Positions 19,736 to 29,956 are shown, numbered from the stretch's first letter. The stretch is DNA of 64,000 nucleotides from an uncultured bacterium (GCA_903958395.1 CAJBSZ010000384.1:3156-67155), one strand, 5' to 3'. Made by a program: numbers and translations. Notes: a model not told the origin generated them from the letters alone.

Positions 19736-22230
19736 AAGACATAAGACTCATTTTGATCCTGGGGTGGTTGGCGGCCGGGACCGGTCTGGCGGGAGAGCCT
19801 GCCGTGGATCCCTTGACGGTGGCCCGGGTTGCGCTGGAAGACGGGTTATATGATCTGGCTCAGCGCCAGGCCGAAACCATTTTGAAGGAGAACAAGGGGT
19901 CCGCCCCGAACCGGGGCGAGGCCATGGTTCTTCTGGCGCGGGCGCTTCACGGTCAGCACCGGTTCAAAGACATGATCCAGAGCCTTGATGAGATGGGGGT
20001 GAGGACGCCCACGGTCCAGCCCGGTGCCCTGGTGTACTGGCATGCCGTGGCGCAGTATGAGGCGGGAAACGTGGGGGCGGCTTTTTCTGAAATACGCGGA
20101 TTCCCTTCCCGATTTCCCGGTAGCGACCTCATTCCCCCGGCCGCCCGGCTGGAAGCCTGGTGCAATCTCAAGGAGGGGCGGAGTGAAGCGGCCCTGGCTG
20201 TCTTTGAACACTATGACCGCCAGTTCGGGAATACCGGGGAGGGGGCCGCGAACCTTCTGGATTGGGGACAAGCCCTGCTTGCGGCCGGCAATGCCGCCGG
20301 GGCGCGGGAAGTTTTGGATCGGCTGGTCAAGCGAACGCCTGCAACATCCACTGTTCAGGACGGGAGGCTGTGGCTGGCCAAGGCGCTGGTGGCCGACGGG
20401 AAGTGGGAGGCGGCCTGGAACCTCCTGAACCTGATGGCCAATGATCCCGCGATGCGACAGGATCGTCGTGCGCTGGCCTGGATGAATTTGAGCGAGGTGA
20501 ACGCGATTCAAAGCAATCTTGAAGCGGCCGTGACCTCCGCGGCCCGAAGCGTGGAGCTCGCCCCCACTCAATATTTGAAGAATCGTGGCCAGGCCTTGTG
20601 GGGGCGTTGGTTGTTGAGGCAGGGTAAACTCGCCGCAGGCGAGGCGATGCTCCGTCCGGTGATTGCCCAGTTGACGGATGACCCTCTTTCAAGCGTCCTG
20701 CAGTTGGAGCTGGCCGGGACCTGCCATGCCATGAACCAACCTCAAAAGGCGGCGGAAGAATACCAATATTACCTTGAGACCTTCACGGATCCGGCGGGTC
20801 GGCTTCAGGCCTTTCGCGGACGGGGTCTTGCCCTGTGGGCCCTGCAGCGGTACGCCGAGGCTTCCGTGATGTTCGATAAGGCGGCAGGACTGGTTTCCGA
20901 TCCGGCGAGCCGTGAATCGCTCCTGGTCAAATCTGCTGATGCGCTGTTTGCCAATTCCCAGTACAAGCTTGCCGGGGCCGCCTATGAGCGCATTCTGGCC
21001 GCGTTTCCCGCCGGGATACTGACCACGCAGGTGTTGTTTCAATACGGGGAAAGCCTGGCCCGTCAATCGCAATGGGGCCCTGCCGAGGAACGATTCAGGG
21101 AGTTGATTCGTCGTTATCCCGACAGTCCGCTGGCCGAACGGGCGTTGCTGCGGATTGCGGAACTCAAGGAGGAGCAGGGGCCCTCCTCGATGCGGGCGGC
21201 CTTGGCGGCCTATTCGGATGTGATGTCCATCTACCCCGCCGGTGCCTTGTTTCCGGAAGCCCTTCACCGTCATGGCCTGGTGGCTTATCAGATTGGTGAG
21301 ATTGACACCGCGCTCAAGGATTTTACCCGGGTCGTCACTGATTTTCCGACCAATCGCGTGGCGCCACAGGCTTATTTTATGCGAGGGTGGGCGCTTTATA
21401 TGCGCGGCCAGGAGGCGGAGTCGCTGAAGGTCTGTAAGGCGTTTGTCGAGAGTTATCCGGACAGCGAATGGACGCCCGGCGTGATATTCTGGATCGGGGA
21501 ATACGCCTATAATCACGGACACTATGCCGAGGCCGAAACTCAGTTCATTAAACTTGCAGAAAAGGCACCCAAGGATGCCTTGGCGGAAAAAGCGTTGATC
21601 TGGGCAGGGCGCTCCGCCATGAAGCAGAAGGAGTATCTGCGGGCCGTCGATATTTTCTCCCGGATGGCCCGCGCCTATCCCGGCAGTGAGCACATGGCCG
21701 AGGCCCGCTTCCTTCAGGGGGATTCCTTGAGCGAACTGGGCGAGTTCTCGCGGGCGATCCTGGTGTTTGACGACCTGATCGCCAGGTTTCCCAACAGCAC
21801 CCTGGTCAGCGCCGCCTGGGGGCGACGGGGCGATTGCCAGTTTACGCTGGGCGCCACGGATGCCCGGCGATATGACGAGGCGGTGTCCTCCTACCGTTCT
21901 GTGGCGCGGAGCCCGGGAACGACGTTTGATCTGGAGCTTCAGGCGGAGTATAAGATCGGGCGATGCTATGATAAGTTGGGTCGACGGGCCGAGGCCCTGG
22001 AGCAGTATTATACCCGGGTGGTGGTCCGGTATCTGGCTGGAAAAGGGTCAGTCCCGGAGGCGCTCTGGTTCACCAAGGCGGCTTTTTCAGCAGCGGATAT
22101 TTTGGAATTGGAAAAAAATTGGAAGCGCGCCGTCAAGGTGCTGGAGCGCGTGGTGGATGCGCGGGTTCCGGCCAGCGGTGACGCCCGCAAGCGGATTGAA
22201 CAGATCCGGGCCGAGCATTGGGTCTGGTGA
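19732..22230 (+). CDS. secreted TPR-repeat protein, first gene of a TPR-exbB-exbD-tonB cluster
   Basis: Signal peptide [21 protein letters not shown]; ~830 aa of TPR-like repeats; ATGA overlap with the uvrA stop codon. Confidence 0.65.
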   Translation: MKDIRLILILGWLAAGTGLAGEPAVDPLTVARVALEDGLYDLAQRQAETILKENKGSAPNRGEAMVLLARALHGQHRFKDMIQSLDEMGVRTPTVQPGALVYWHAVAQYEAGNVGAAFSEIRGFPSRFPGSDLIPPAARLEAWCNLKEGRSEAALAVFEHYDRQFGNTGEGAANLLDWGQALLAAGNAAGAREVLDRLVKRTPATSTVQDGRLWLAKALVADGKWEAAWNLLNLMANDPAMRQDRRALAWMNLSEVNAIQSNLEAAVTSAARSVELAPTQYLKNRGQALWGRWLLRQGKLAAGEAMLRPVIAQLTDDPLSSVLQLELAGTCHAMNQPQKAAEEYQYYLETFTDPAGRLQAFRGRGLALWALQRYAEASVMFDKAAGLVSDPASRESLLVKSADALFANSQYKLAGAAYERILAAFPAGILTTQVLFQYGESLARQSQWGPAEERFRELIRRYPDSPLAERALLRIAELKEEQGPSSMRAALAAYSDVMSIYPAGALFPEALHRHGLVAYQIGEIDTALKDFTRVVTDFPTNRVAPQAYFMRGWALYMRGQEAESLKVCKAFVESYPDSEWTPGVIFWIGEYAYNHGHYAEAETQFIKLAEKAPKDALAEKALIWAGRSAMKQKEYLRAVDIFSRMARAYPGSEHMAEARFLQGDSLSELGEFSRAILVFDDLIARFPNSTLVSAAWGRRGDCQFTLGATDARRYDEAVSSYRSVARSPGTTFDLELQAEYKIGRCYDKLGRRAEALEQYYTRVVVRYLAGKGSVPEALWFTKAAFSAADILELEKNWKRAVKVLERVVDARVPASGDARKRIEQIRAEHWVW

Positions 22231-22240
22231 GAGGTGGCTT

Positions 22241-22885
22241 ATGTTTGAACTGTTACGACAAGGGGGATTGATTGCATGGATCATCATGGGATGCGGCCTG
22301 GCCGCCCTGATCCTTTTTTTGGAACGGCTCCTGAGCCTGCACCGGGCCCGGATCAAGTCGGAGGACTTCATCGCTGGAATTTGCAACAATCTTCGGCGCG
22401 GTAATGTGACTGAGGCCCTCGCCATCTGTGATGACACCCCCGGTCCGGTGGCGGTCATTGTGCGGGCCGCCATCCTGAACCGGCAGGCGGACAAGGAATC
22501 CATTCGTACGGCCATTGAGAATGCCGGCCGGACGGAAATTTCCCGAATGGAGCGACGCTTGTCCCTCCTGGCGACCGTGGCGCAGGTGGCGCCGATCTTC
22601 GGGCTGCTGGGAACCGTTCTGGGGCTGATCAAGTCCCTTCAGGCGATGAAGCTGGCCGCACCCCTGGTTCAGCCGGTGGATGTGATGTCCGGCCTGATGC
22701 AGGCGCTGGTGACGACGGCGGTCGGGTTGGCGGTGGCGGCTCCCTGTTACATCGCCTTCAGTTTCCTGGTCGGGAAAGTGGAGAAGATTGTGATTGATAT
22801 GGAGCGATCGGCGTCCGACCTCATCGCCTTTATGGCGGGAACCCCGATTGTTCGCGATGAACCGGTTCCGGAGAAGGACGAATGA
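22241..22885 (+). CDS. exbB: MotA/TolQ/ExbB proton-channel family protein
   Basis: Three TM helices and the signature VAQVAPIFGLLGTVLGLI; GAGGTGG RBS. Confidence 0.8.
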   Translation: MFELLRQGGLIAWIIMGCGLAALILFLERLLSLHRARIKSEDFIAGICNNLRRGNVTEALAICDDTPGPVAVIVRAAILNRQADKESIRTAIENAGRTEISRMERRLSLLATVAQVAPIFGLLGTVLGLIKSLQAMKLAAPLVQPVDVMSGLMQALVTTAVGLAVAAPCYIAFSFLVGKVEKIVIDMERSASDLIAFMAGTPIVRDEPVPEKDE

Positions 22886-23382
22886 TCAAGCGCGAAACGC
22901 CCAAGACGATCGGATGGACGGTGCAGGGCTTCCGGCATTACCGGCCCGTGAGCCGCCTGGATCAGGGGCTTGTGACGGCGGTGCCCTGGGTAAGTTTTGT
23001 CCTGCTGGTCTCGGCTTACCTGTATTTTCTCGCCCCGAACGTGCTGCAGCCCGGGGTGGTGATTCAGCTTCCCGAATTATCCTTCACCGACGGTCGCCAT
23101 TATGGCCATACCCTGGCGGTGCTGTCTTTGCCGATGGCGGGACGATCCGACCGGGACGAGATCTTTTTCTTTGATGATCAACGCTATCTGGGCCGGGAAG
23201 CGTCCGAAATGGATGCCCTGCGTTCGGCCCTGGCCACGGCGTGGAGCCAGAAGGCGAATCTGCCGCTGATGATCGAGGCGGATCGCCTGGTGCGGCACGA
23301 CACGATTGTAAAACTGTTTGATATGGCCTCGGAAGCCGGGTTCCGCGAAGTGAACCTGGCAACGCGCCCCCCGGAAAGGTGA
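22882..23382 (+). CDS. exbD: ExbD/TolR biopolymer transport protein
   Basis: Single N-terminal TM plus periplasmic ExbD domain; translationally coupled to exbB. Confidence 0.8.
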   Translation: MIKRETPKTIGWTVQGFRHYRPVSRLDQGLVTAVPWVSFVLLVSAYLYFLAPNVLQPGVVIQLPELSFTDGRHYGHTLAVLSLPMAGRSDRDEIFFFDDQRYLGREASEMDALRSALATAWSQKANLPLMIEADRLVRHDTIVKLFDMASEAGFREVNLATRPPER

Positions 23383-24137
23383 TGGTTGTGCCCAATCCCT
23401 ATGTCATTCCGATGCCGTGGAAAAACCTGATGCTGGTGTTTGTGGGCGGACTGGCGTTGTGGATCCTTCCCTGGCTGGCATGGCCGAGAGGGGCGATGTC
23501 GTCCGGGCGCGATCCCCTGCGCAAGCCGCCGGTGTTCCGGTATCTCAGGACGATTCAGGGGGTGGATGGCTCTGCCTGGTCACCCGTATTGATGCCATTG
23601 CCGACGGCGGATGGATTTAGTAAAAAGGCAGCTGTTGATGTGATGGCGCAGAAGAGCCCGGGATTGGTATTGAAGCCACGGGAACGGGAGCCTCTGTATT
23701 TGGAGATGAAGGCGGCGGCCGCGCCCTCCTTGACCGGAGCCGGAATGGCGTCCCTGGAGTCCCCCGGGTTTGAGCCGGATCGCCTTCAGCCTGTTGTTTT
23801 TTCAGGTGGGTCGGCAGCGAAGCGACCGGGCTTCCAAATCGAGATCGGGAACGGGTTGAAGGCCCGGAATTTTGAAGCGCCGGGAGTGCGCGGGATGACG
23901 ATTCCCGAGGATGGGTTGACCGAAATTTCCGCAATGGCATCGGTGGGGATTGATCGGAAGGGCGTCGTGGTGCATGTATTGCTGGAGCAGCCCAGCGGCA
24001 TCGCGGCCTTGGATTCCGCCTTCGTGAGGGGGTTGCGGGCCGGGCGGGGGAATTGGGGTGAGGGTCCGGGCGAGGGGCATGTCAGGATCGTTTTTTGGAA
24101 ACATGACCAAGGAGAGGAAGAGCAACATGGAGATTAA
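23379..24137 (+). CDS. TonB-family energy transducer-like protein (membrane-anchored, TonB-like C-terminal domain)
   Basis: N-terminal TM (MLVFVGGLALWILPWLAW), Pro-containing linker, C-terminal GVVVHVLLEQPSGIAALDSAFVRGLRAG...HVRIVFWK resembling the TonB C-terminal domain. Confidence 0.5.
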   Translation: MMVVPNPYVIPMPWKNLMLVFVGGLALWILPWLAWPRGAMSSGRDPLRKPPVFRYLRTIQGVDGSAWSPVLMPLPTADGFSKKAAVDVMAQKSPGLVLKPREREPLYLEMKAAAAPSLTGAGMASLESPGFEPDRLQPVVFSGGSAAKRPGFQIEIGNGLKARNFEAPGVRGMTIPEDGLTEISAMASVGIDRKGVVVHVLLEQPSGIAALDSAFVRGLRAGRGNWGEGPGEGHVRIVFWKHDQGEEEQHGD

Positions 24138-25425
24138 AATTGAAAAATGGGCTCCAGATAAGCCGAACAGCGTTGTCGCTTCATTCCTCAAGAGGCCTGC
24201 GTTCGATCCCGTCGCCGAAACGACTGCCCGTGAAACCCTGGAGACGATCCGGCTCAATGGCGATATCGCCGTTCTGAAGTACATCGAAGACTATGACGGA
24301 GTATCACTTAAGGTGTCCGATCTTCGGGTTACCCAGGCGGAACTGGCGGAAGCGCGCGATACGGTGGATCCCCAGTTCCGCAACGCCGCCCGTGAAGTCT
24401 ATAAGCGGGTGATGACCTTTTCCCGGGCCGGCATGAAAAAAGACTGGAAGATTTTCAGTCCCAAGGGCGGCGAACTGGGCGAACAGTTTGTCCCGTTCGA
24501 CCGGGTGGGGGTGTATATCCCCGGTGGACAGGCTCCGCTCGTGTCATCAGTTTTTATGACCGTAACCCTGGCCAAGGTGGCAGGTGTTCAGGAAATCGTG
24601 GTGTGTACCCCCTCGGACAGCACCGGGCGGGTGAATCCCTACATTCTCTTTGCGCTGGAGATGGCGGGCGCCACGGAAATCTACCGGGTGGGTGGCATTC
24701 AGGCGATCGGCATGATGGCCTACGGCACCAAAACGGTGCGCAAGGTTCAGAAGATTGTGGGACCCGGCGGCGCCTATGTCACGGCGGCCAAGAAACTGGT
24801 CTATGGGGATGTGGCCCTGGATCTGGTGGCCGGGCCGAGTGAAATAGCGATCCTGGCGGATGAAACCGCGCCGGCCGAGTGTGTGGCCGCAGATTTGTTG
24901 TCACAGGCCGAGCATGGGACCGGTCACGAGAAGGCCCTTCTGGTAACCAACTCGGCCGTACTGGCCAACAAAGTGTGTGATCAGCTCCTGAAACAGGCCG
25001 GGACCCTCGGGCGCAGGCAGGCGATTCTCAAGGTGTTGGAGAAGGGGACTCTGATGGTCGTGGTGAACACGATCGGAGATGGAATGGAACTGTGCAACCA
25101 GTTTGCCCCCGAGCATCTTGAGATCATGGTGCGTGAGCCGCGAAACTGGCTGCGGAAGGTGCGTGCCGCAGGAGCCGTGTTTGTCGGGGTCTGGACACCC
25201 GAGTCGGCCGGCGATTTTGTGGCCGGGCCCAGTCATGTCCTGCCCACGGGGGGGACGGCGGCGATGTATTCCGGGCTGACGGTGGATGATTTCCGGAGGC
25301 GGACCAGTTTCATGGCCTTTACCCGCGCCGACCTGCAGGAGACCCTGCCGGTGATTGAGGCGTTTGGACGGGTGGAGGGGTTGGATGCCCACGCGCGAGC
25401 CGCCCGGATGAGGTTTGAAGTGTGA
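24127..25425 (+). CDS. hisD: histidinol dehydrogenase
   Basis: HisD-wide similarity (GGIQAIGMMAYGT, SQAEHG, FAPEHLEI); AAGGAG RBS 12 nt upstream of ATG 24127. Confidence 0.9.
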   Translation: MEIKIEKWAPDKPNSVVASFLKRPAFDPVAETTARETLETIRLNGDIAVLKYIEDYDGVSLKVSDLRVTQAELAEARDTVDPQFRNAAREVYKRVMTFSRAGMKKDWKIFSPKGGELGEQFVPFDRVGVYIPGGQAPLVSSVFMTVTLAKVAGVQEIVVCTPSDSTGRVNPYILFALEMAGATEIYRVGGIQAIGMMAYGTKTVRKVQKIVGPGGAYVTAAKKLVYGDVALDLVAGPSEIAILADETAPAECVAADLLSQAEHGTGHEKALLVTNSAVLANKVCDQLLKQAGTLGRRQAILKVLEKGTLMVVVNTIGDGMELCNQFAPEHLEIMVREPRNWLRKVRAAGAVFVGVWTPESAGDFVAGPSHVLPTGGTAAMYSGLTVDDFRRRTSFMAFTRADLQETLPVIEAFGRVEGLDAHARAARMRFEV

Positions 25426-26468
25426 TGAATAATCTATTGATCAGGAAATCAGTCCGGACCCTGGAGGCCTATACGCCGGGCGAACAGCTCCGGCGGCCGG
25501 GGTTGATCAAGTTGAATACAAACGAAAATCCCTATCCGCCCTCGCCCTGGGTGGCGGAGGCCCTGACCGCGTTGCCGGCTGAGACGTTGCGGCTTTATCC
25601 CGATCCCGCAAGCACCGGGTTGAGGCAGGTGATTGCCGACCTTCATGAGGTGGGACTGGATCAGGTTTTTGCCGGAAACGGTTCGGATGAAATTCTGGCG
25701 CTGTGTACCCGGGCCTTTGTGGAGGATGACGGAACCATCGGCTATTTCATGCCGTCCTACTCGCTGTACCCGGTGTTGGCGGCGATCCGTGCGGTGCCGG
25801 GCGTGGCGTGCCCACTGACGGATTCTTTCGAGTGGCCCGCCCGTGATCCGGAGCCGGCTTCCCTGTTTTTTCTGGCGAACCCGAATGCGCCAACCAGTAT
25901 GCTGTTCCCCAAAGCCAAAGTCAGCGCCTTCTGCAGGCGTTTTTCAGGCGTGGTATTGGTGGATGAGGCGTATGTGGATTTCGCCCGGGAGAGTTGCCTG
26001 GATCTGGCGAAAACCATGCCGAATGTGCTGGTTATGCGCACGCTGTCAAAATCCTATTCGCTGGCCGGGATCCGCTGCGGGTATGTGGTGGGGCCTGAAC
26101 CGCTGATTTCCGCCCTGTTCAAGATCAAGGATTCCTACAACCTGAACCGGCTGACCCAGGTTGCCGCCACAGCGGCACTCAAGGACCAGACTACCATGCG
26201 CGACAATGCGGAGCGGATCAAGGCGACCCGGGACCGGCTCGCTTCAGAATTAGAACGGCTTGGATTCACGGTTTGCCCCTCGGCGGCGAATTTTCTTTGG
26301 GCAAAACCCGCCCGCAAAACCGCCCGCGTTCTGTTTGAGGCGTTGAAGGCTGAGGGAATCCTGATCCGGCATTTCCCCGGCGAGCGGACGGGTGACCATG
26401 TGCGCATCACGGTGGGAACGGATGAGGATGTGGATCGGTTGTTACAGGTTCTGGGAGGATTGATATGA
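25422..26468 (+). CDS. hisC: histidinol-phosphate aminotransferase
   Basis: Class II aminotransferase fold with PLP-lysine region TLSKSYSLAGIRCGY. Confidence 0.9.
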   Translation: MMNNLLIRKSVRTLEAYTPGEQLRRPGLIKLNTNENPYPPSPWVAEALTALPAETLRLYPDPASTGLRQVIADLHEVGLDQVFAGNGSDEILALCTRAFVEDDGTIGYFMPSYSLYPVLAAIRAVPGVACPLTDSFEWPARDPEPASLFFLANPNAPTSMLFPKAKVSAFCRRFSGVVLVDEAYVDFARESCLDLAKTMPNVLVMRTLSKSYSLAGIRCGYVVGPEPLISALFKIKDSYNLNRLTQVAATAALKDQTTMRDNAERIKATRDRLASELERLGFTVCPSAANFLWAKPARKTARVLFEALKAEGILIRHFPGERTGDHVRITVGTDEDVDRLLQVLGGLI

Positions 26469-27055
26469 AAAAACGGACGGCAACGGTGGCGCGCAAGACG
26501 CGTGAGACGGATATCAAGGTGGCCTTGACGATTGACGGGACAGGCGTCAGCAGCGTGGAAACAGGAATGCCCTTTCTGAACCACATGCTGGAGCTTTTTT
26601 CAAAGCATTCCCTGATGGACCTGACGGTAAAGGCAACGGGCGACCTGGAGGTGGATTATCACCACACGGTCGAGGATCTCGGCCTTGTGCTGGGAGATGC
26701 CCTTGACCAGGCGCTGGGAGATCGGAAAGGGATTGTCCGGTACGGATGGTCCTACATTCCGATGGATGACGCGCTCAGCCGGGCCGTGGTGGATCTGGGT
26801 GGCCGGCCCTACTTGGTCTATGAGGTGGCCAACCGAACCCGGAAGATCCGGGATTTCAACCTGATCCTGATTCGGGAATTCTTTCAGGCCTTTACCGTGA
26901 AAGCCCGTCTGAATCTTCATATTGCCCAACTTTACGGCCAGGAACCCCATCACGCCTACGAGGCTATTTTCAAGGCCGTGGCGCGGGCACTGGGCGAAGC
27001 CTGTCGCAAGGATTCCCGTGTTCAAGGCGTGCCGTCAAGTAAAGGGGCCATTTGA
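26465..27055 (+). CDS. hisB: imidazoleglycerol-phosphate dehydratase
   Basis: IGPD signature RKTRETDI...HHTVEDLGLVLGDAL...HHAYEAIFKAVARAL. Confidence 0.9.
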   Translation: MKKRTATVARKTRETDIKVALTIDGTGVSSVETGMPFLNHMLELFSKHSLMDLTVKATGDLEVDYHHTVEDLGLVLGDALDQALGDRKGIVRYGWSYIPMDDALSRAVVDLGGRPYLVYEVANRTRKIRDFNLILIREFFQAFTVKARLNLHIAQLYGQEPHHAYEAIFKAVARALGEACRKDSRVQGVPSSKGAI

Positions 27056-27071
27056 GGTATCGGGTCAGACC

Positions 27072-27797
27072 ATGATGAAACTCTATCCGGCGATTGATTT
27101 AAAGGGCGGCCAGTGCGTCCGGTTGCGGCAGGGCCGCGCTGACGCCGTGACCGTGTATTCGAATGATCCCGTGGCGATGGCCCGGCACTGGGCGGATGCC
27201 GGTGGGGATTGGCTTCATGTGGTGGACTTGGACGGCGCTTTTGCCGGACATCCCGTCCATCATGATGTGGTGCGGGAGATCGTTGCCGCCATCCCGATAC
27301 CGGTTGAGTTCGGCGGAGGGCTCCGTACCGATGAGGATATCCAACTCATGTTGGAGACGGGGGTGCGGCGCGTGGTGCTGGGGACGCGGGCCTGTGCCGA
27401 CCCTGATGCCCTCGCGGCCTTGGTGAAGCAGTTCGGGGATCGCCTGGCCGTCGGAATTGATGCGCGTAACGGCCGGGTTCAGGTCAAAGGCTGGGTCGAG
27501 ACGACGGATACCCTTGCCGTGGATCTGGCCCGGCGGGTCTCGGATCTGGGAGTGAGCACAATTATCTACACGGATACCGCCACGGATGGGATGCTGACCG
27601 GGCCCAATATCGAGGGCGTTCGTGTGCTCTGCAACGCGGTCAAGGCGAAGGTTATCGCCTCCGGCGGAATTTCAACCTGCCGGGATATTGCCGCATTGGC
27701 CGCATTGAATCTTCCTAATCTGGATGGAGTCATTGTGGGGAAGGCGCTGTATGAGGGCGCGGTCACCATTCCCGGTATGAAGGCGGCCCTGGCATAA
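27072..27797 (+). CDS. hisA: ProFAR isomerase HisA
   Basis: LYPAIDLKGGQCVRL...VVDLDGA...GGGLRT...VVLGT HisA TIM-barrel motifs. Confidence 0.85.
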   Translation: MMKLYPAIDLKGGQCVRLRQGRADAVTVYSNDPVAMARHWADAGGDWLHVVDLDGAFAGHPVHHDVVREIVAAIPIPVEFGGGLRTDEDIQLMLETGVRRVVLGTRACADPDALAALVKQFGDRLAVGIDARNGRVQVKGWVETTDTLAVDLARRVSDLGVSTIIYTDTATDGMLTGPNIEGVRVLCNAVKAKVIASGGISTCRDIAALAALNLPNLDGVIVGKALYEGAVTIPGMKAALA

Positions 27798-27807
27798 AGG
27801 AGACAGC

Positions 27808-28542
27808 ATGAATCTTCGGGGAAAGACGGCATTGGTCACGGGCGGGGCGGTTCGGATCGGGAAAGCGGTCTGTGAAGCCCTTGCCGCAGAAGGTTGCCAT
27901 GTAGTTATCCATTGCAGTCGTTCTGTCCAGGCGGCCGAACAGCTTGCCCGGAGGCTGCGAGGGCTTGAGGTCAAGGCCTGGGTGGTGAAGGAGGCGATCG
28001 ACTCCGAGTCGGATTGCCGGTCGTTGATGGCCGATGCGTTGAAGCAGGCAGGGTCACTGGATATTCTGGTGAACAATGCGGCTGTATTTCATAAAACCCG
28101 GCTGAAAGCCGTGACGGAACAAAAACTCAAGATGGAGTTCGGGATCAATCTGTTTGCCCCCATCCTGTTGACGCGGTTGTTTGCCGAGCAGGCCGAAAAG
28201 GGAGCGGTGGTCAATCTTCTGGATCGCCGGATCAAAGCCAATGATGTGGACTGCCTTCCCTATTCGCTGTCAAAAAAAGCCCTGGCGTCCTTCACGGAGG
28301 AGGCGGCACTGGCGCTGGCCCCTGACATCACCATGAATGCGGTGGCGCCGGGTCCGGTTCTTCCGCCTCCGGGAAAAGGCGCGCCGTATCTTCATGAGCG
28401 TGCCGGTCTGATTCCCCTCAAGTGCCGTATTACCCCGCACGATATTGCCGCAGGCGTTGTCCAGCTTCTCAAACTCGAGGGCGTGACCGGGCAGACCTTG
28501 TTTATGGACGGGGGTCAGCATCTGCTGGGTAACGGAGTTTGA
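27808..28542 (+). CDS. SDR-family short-chain dehydrogenase/reductase
   Basis: TGGAVRIG Rossmann motif, NNAA and Yx3K-type active-site region. Confidence 0.75.
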   Translation: MNLRGKTALVTGGAVRIGKAVCEALAAEGCHVVIHCSRSVQAAEQLARRLRGLEVKAWVVKEAIDSESDCRSLMADALKQAGSLDILVNNAAVFHKTRLKAVTEQKLKMEFGINLFAPILLTRLFAEQAEKGAVVNLLDRRIKANDVDCLPYSLSKKALASFTEEAALALAPDITMNAVAPGPVLPPPGKGAPYLHERAGLIPLKCRITPHDIAAGVVQLLKLEGVTGQTLFMDGGQHLLGNGV

Positions 28543-28587
28543 CAAGAGGCTGTCCGGGTGCGAAAATACTGGCTTTAAGGAATAAGT

Positions 28588-29952
28588 GTGGAACCTGTCA
28601 TTGTTCAACGATCTGATCATACCCTGAGTCGCCAGAATATCAGTCCGGAGGCATTAAAAGTGCTTTATGGGCTCAAGGAAGCGGACTACGTTGCCTATAT
28701 TGCCGGGGGAGGGGTGCGGGATCTTCTTCTGGGTCGAACGCCCAAGGATTTCGATGTGGTTACCGATGCGACCCCCAATGAGCTGAGGCGCATTTTCCGT
28801 AATTGCCGTCTGATCGGCCGCCGGTTCCGGCTCGCCCATGTTTTTTTCGGACGCGACAAGATTATCGAGGTGGCCACATTCCGGGCCAATATGCCGCCCG
28901 AACCCTCTGATCCGTCTGATTTCCCGGAATCGTCGGACACGTCCGATTCGTCCGATGAGCCTGCCCAGCCGGGTCAGTTTGAAAGCCACCACCATGTGCG
29001 CCGTGATGATGGCATGATTGTGCGCGACAATCTTTTCGGCACCCCCGAGGAGGATGCGCTCCGCCGGGATTTCACCATCAATGCGCTGTTCTACAATATC
29101 CGGGATTACTCCGTGATCGACTACGTGGGCGGGCTTGAGGATCTCCAGAAGCGGGTGATCCGGTTTATCGGGGATCCCGGGGTTCGATGCGTGGAAGATC
29201 CGGTTCGTATGATCCGGGCTGTCCGTTTTGCCGCGATGCTGGATTTTGACTTTGAGCCCGCCACGTCGGCGGCGATCCGGGAGCACCACGCGAACCTGGC
29301 GCTGGCAAACCGGTCACGGCTGTACGAGGAAGTTCAGAAGCTGTTTTTCTGCAAGGCCGCCCAGCAGGCCTATGAGCTGCTTCGTGAATTCGGTCTCTTT
29401 GGCATGCTGTTTCCGGAACTCGGTTCCTGGTTGGGGCCCAGCACGGGGACCCCCGAGTGTCTGCGGATCAGTCAGGCTCTCAAGCAGGTTGATGAATGGC
29501 GGCAGGCGGGCCGTGAGGTGTCGCCGGCTCTTTTGTTTGCGCTCATGTTCGGCGGCATGCACGAGGCCAGGGCCGGTGAATTGACCGAACAGGGTCAGCA
29601 CAAGGGCTTGGCGTTGCATTCGGTGACGATGGAGCATTTTGGCGGGCTTACCGAACGGGTTCAGGTTCCCAAGACTGTGCGGTACCGGACGGCTGAAATC
29701 CTGGCTTCCCAGCCGCGGTTGACGGCCGATGGCGGCCGGCGTGCCCGTCCTCTCGCCACGCGAGATTTTTTCCCCGAAGCGGTGGCGTATCTTGAATTTA
29801 TGGTGCGCCTGACCGGTGACCATCGCGCAGCGCTTGAACAGGCCCAGGCTATTGAATGGGATCCCCGCCAGTCCCGTTACGGTGACGATGGCGATCAGCG
29901 GCGTCGCCCACGCCGCCGCAGAAGAGGTCCCCCGGCTTCCGGACAGTCCTGA
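28588..29952 (+). CDS. pcnB: poly(A) polymerase I (tRNA nucleotidyltransferase/PAP family), GTG start
   Basis: GGGVRDLLLGRTPKDFDVVTDATPNELRRIFRNCRLIGRRFRLAHVFFG closely matches the PcnB head domain; has an acidic Ser/Asp-rich insertion. Confidence 0.88.
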   Translation: MEPVIVQRSDHTLSRQNISPEALKVLYGLKEADYVAYIAGGGVRDLLLGRTPKDFDVVTDATPNELRRIFRNCRLIGRRFRLAHVFFGRDKIIEVATFRANMPPEPSDPSDFPESSDTSDSSDEPAQPGQFESHHHVRRDDGMIVRDNLFGTPEEDALRRDFTINALFYNIRDYSVIDYVGGLEDLQKRVIRFIGDPGVRCVEDPVRMIRAVRFAAMLDFDFEPATSAAIREHHANLALANRSRLYEEVQKLFFCKAAQQAYELLREFGLFGMLFPELGSWLGPSTGTPECLRISQALKQVDEWRQAGREVSPALLFALMFGGMHEARAGELTEQGQHKGLALHSVTMEHFGGLTERVQVPKTVRYRTAEILASQPRLTADGGRRARPLATRDFFPEAVAYLEFMVRLTGDHRAALEQAQAIEWDPRQSRYGDDGDQRRRPRRRRRGPPASGQS

Positions 29953-29956
29953 GGGT

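Noticed and set aside
20689-21693. 334-aa minus-strand ORF
   Set aside because: Antisense to the TPR protein gene.
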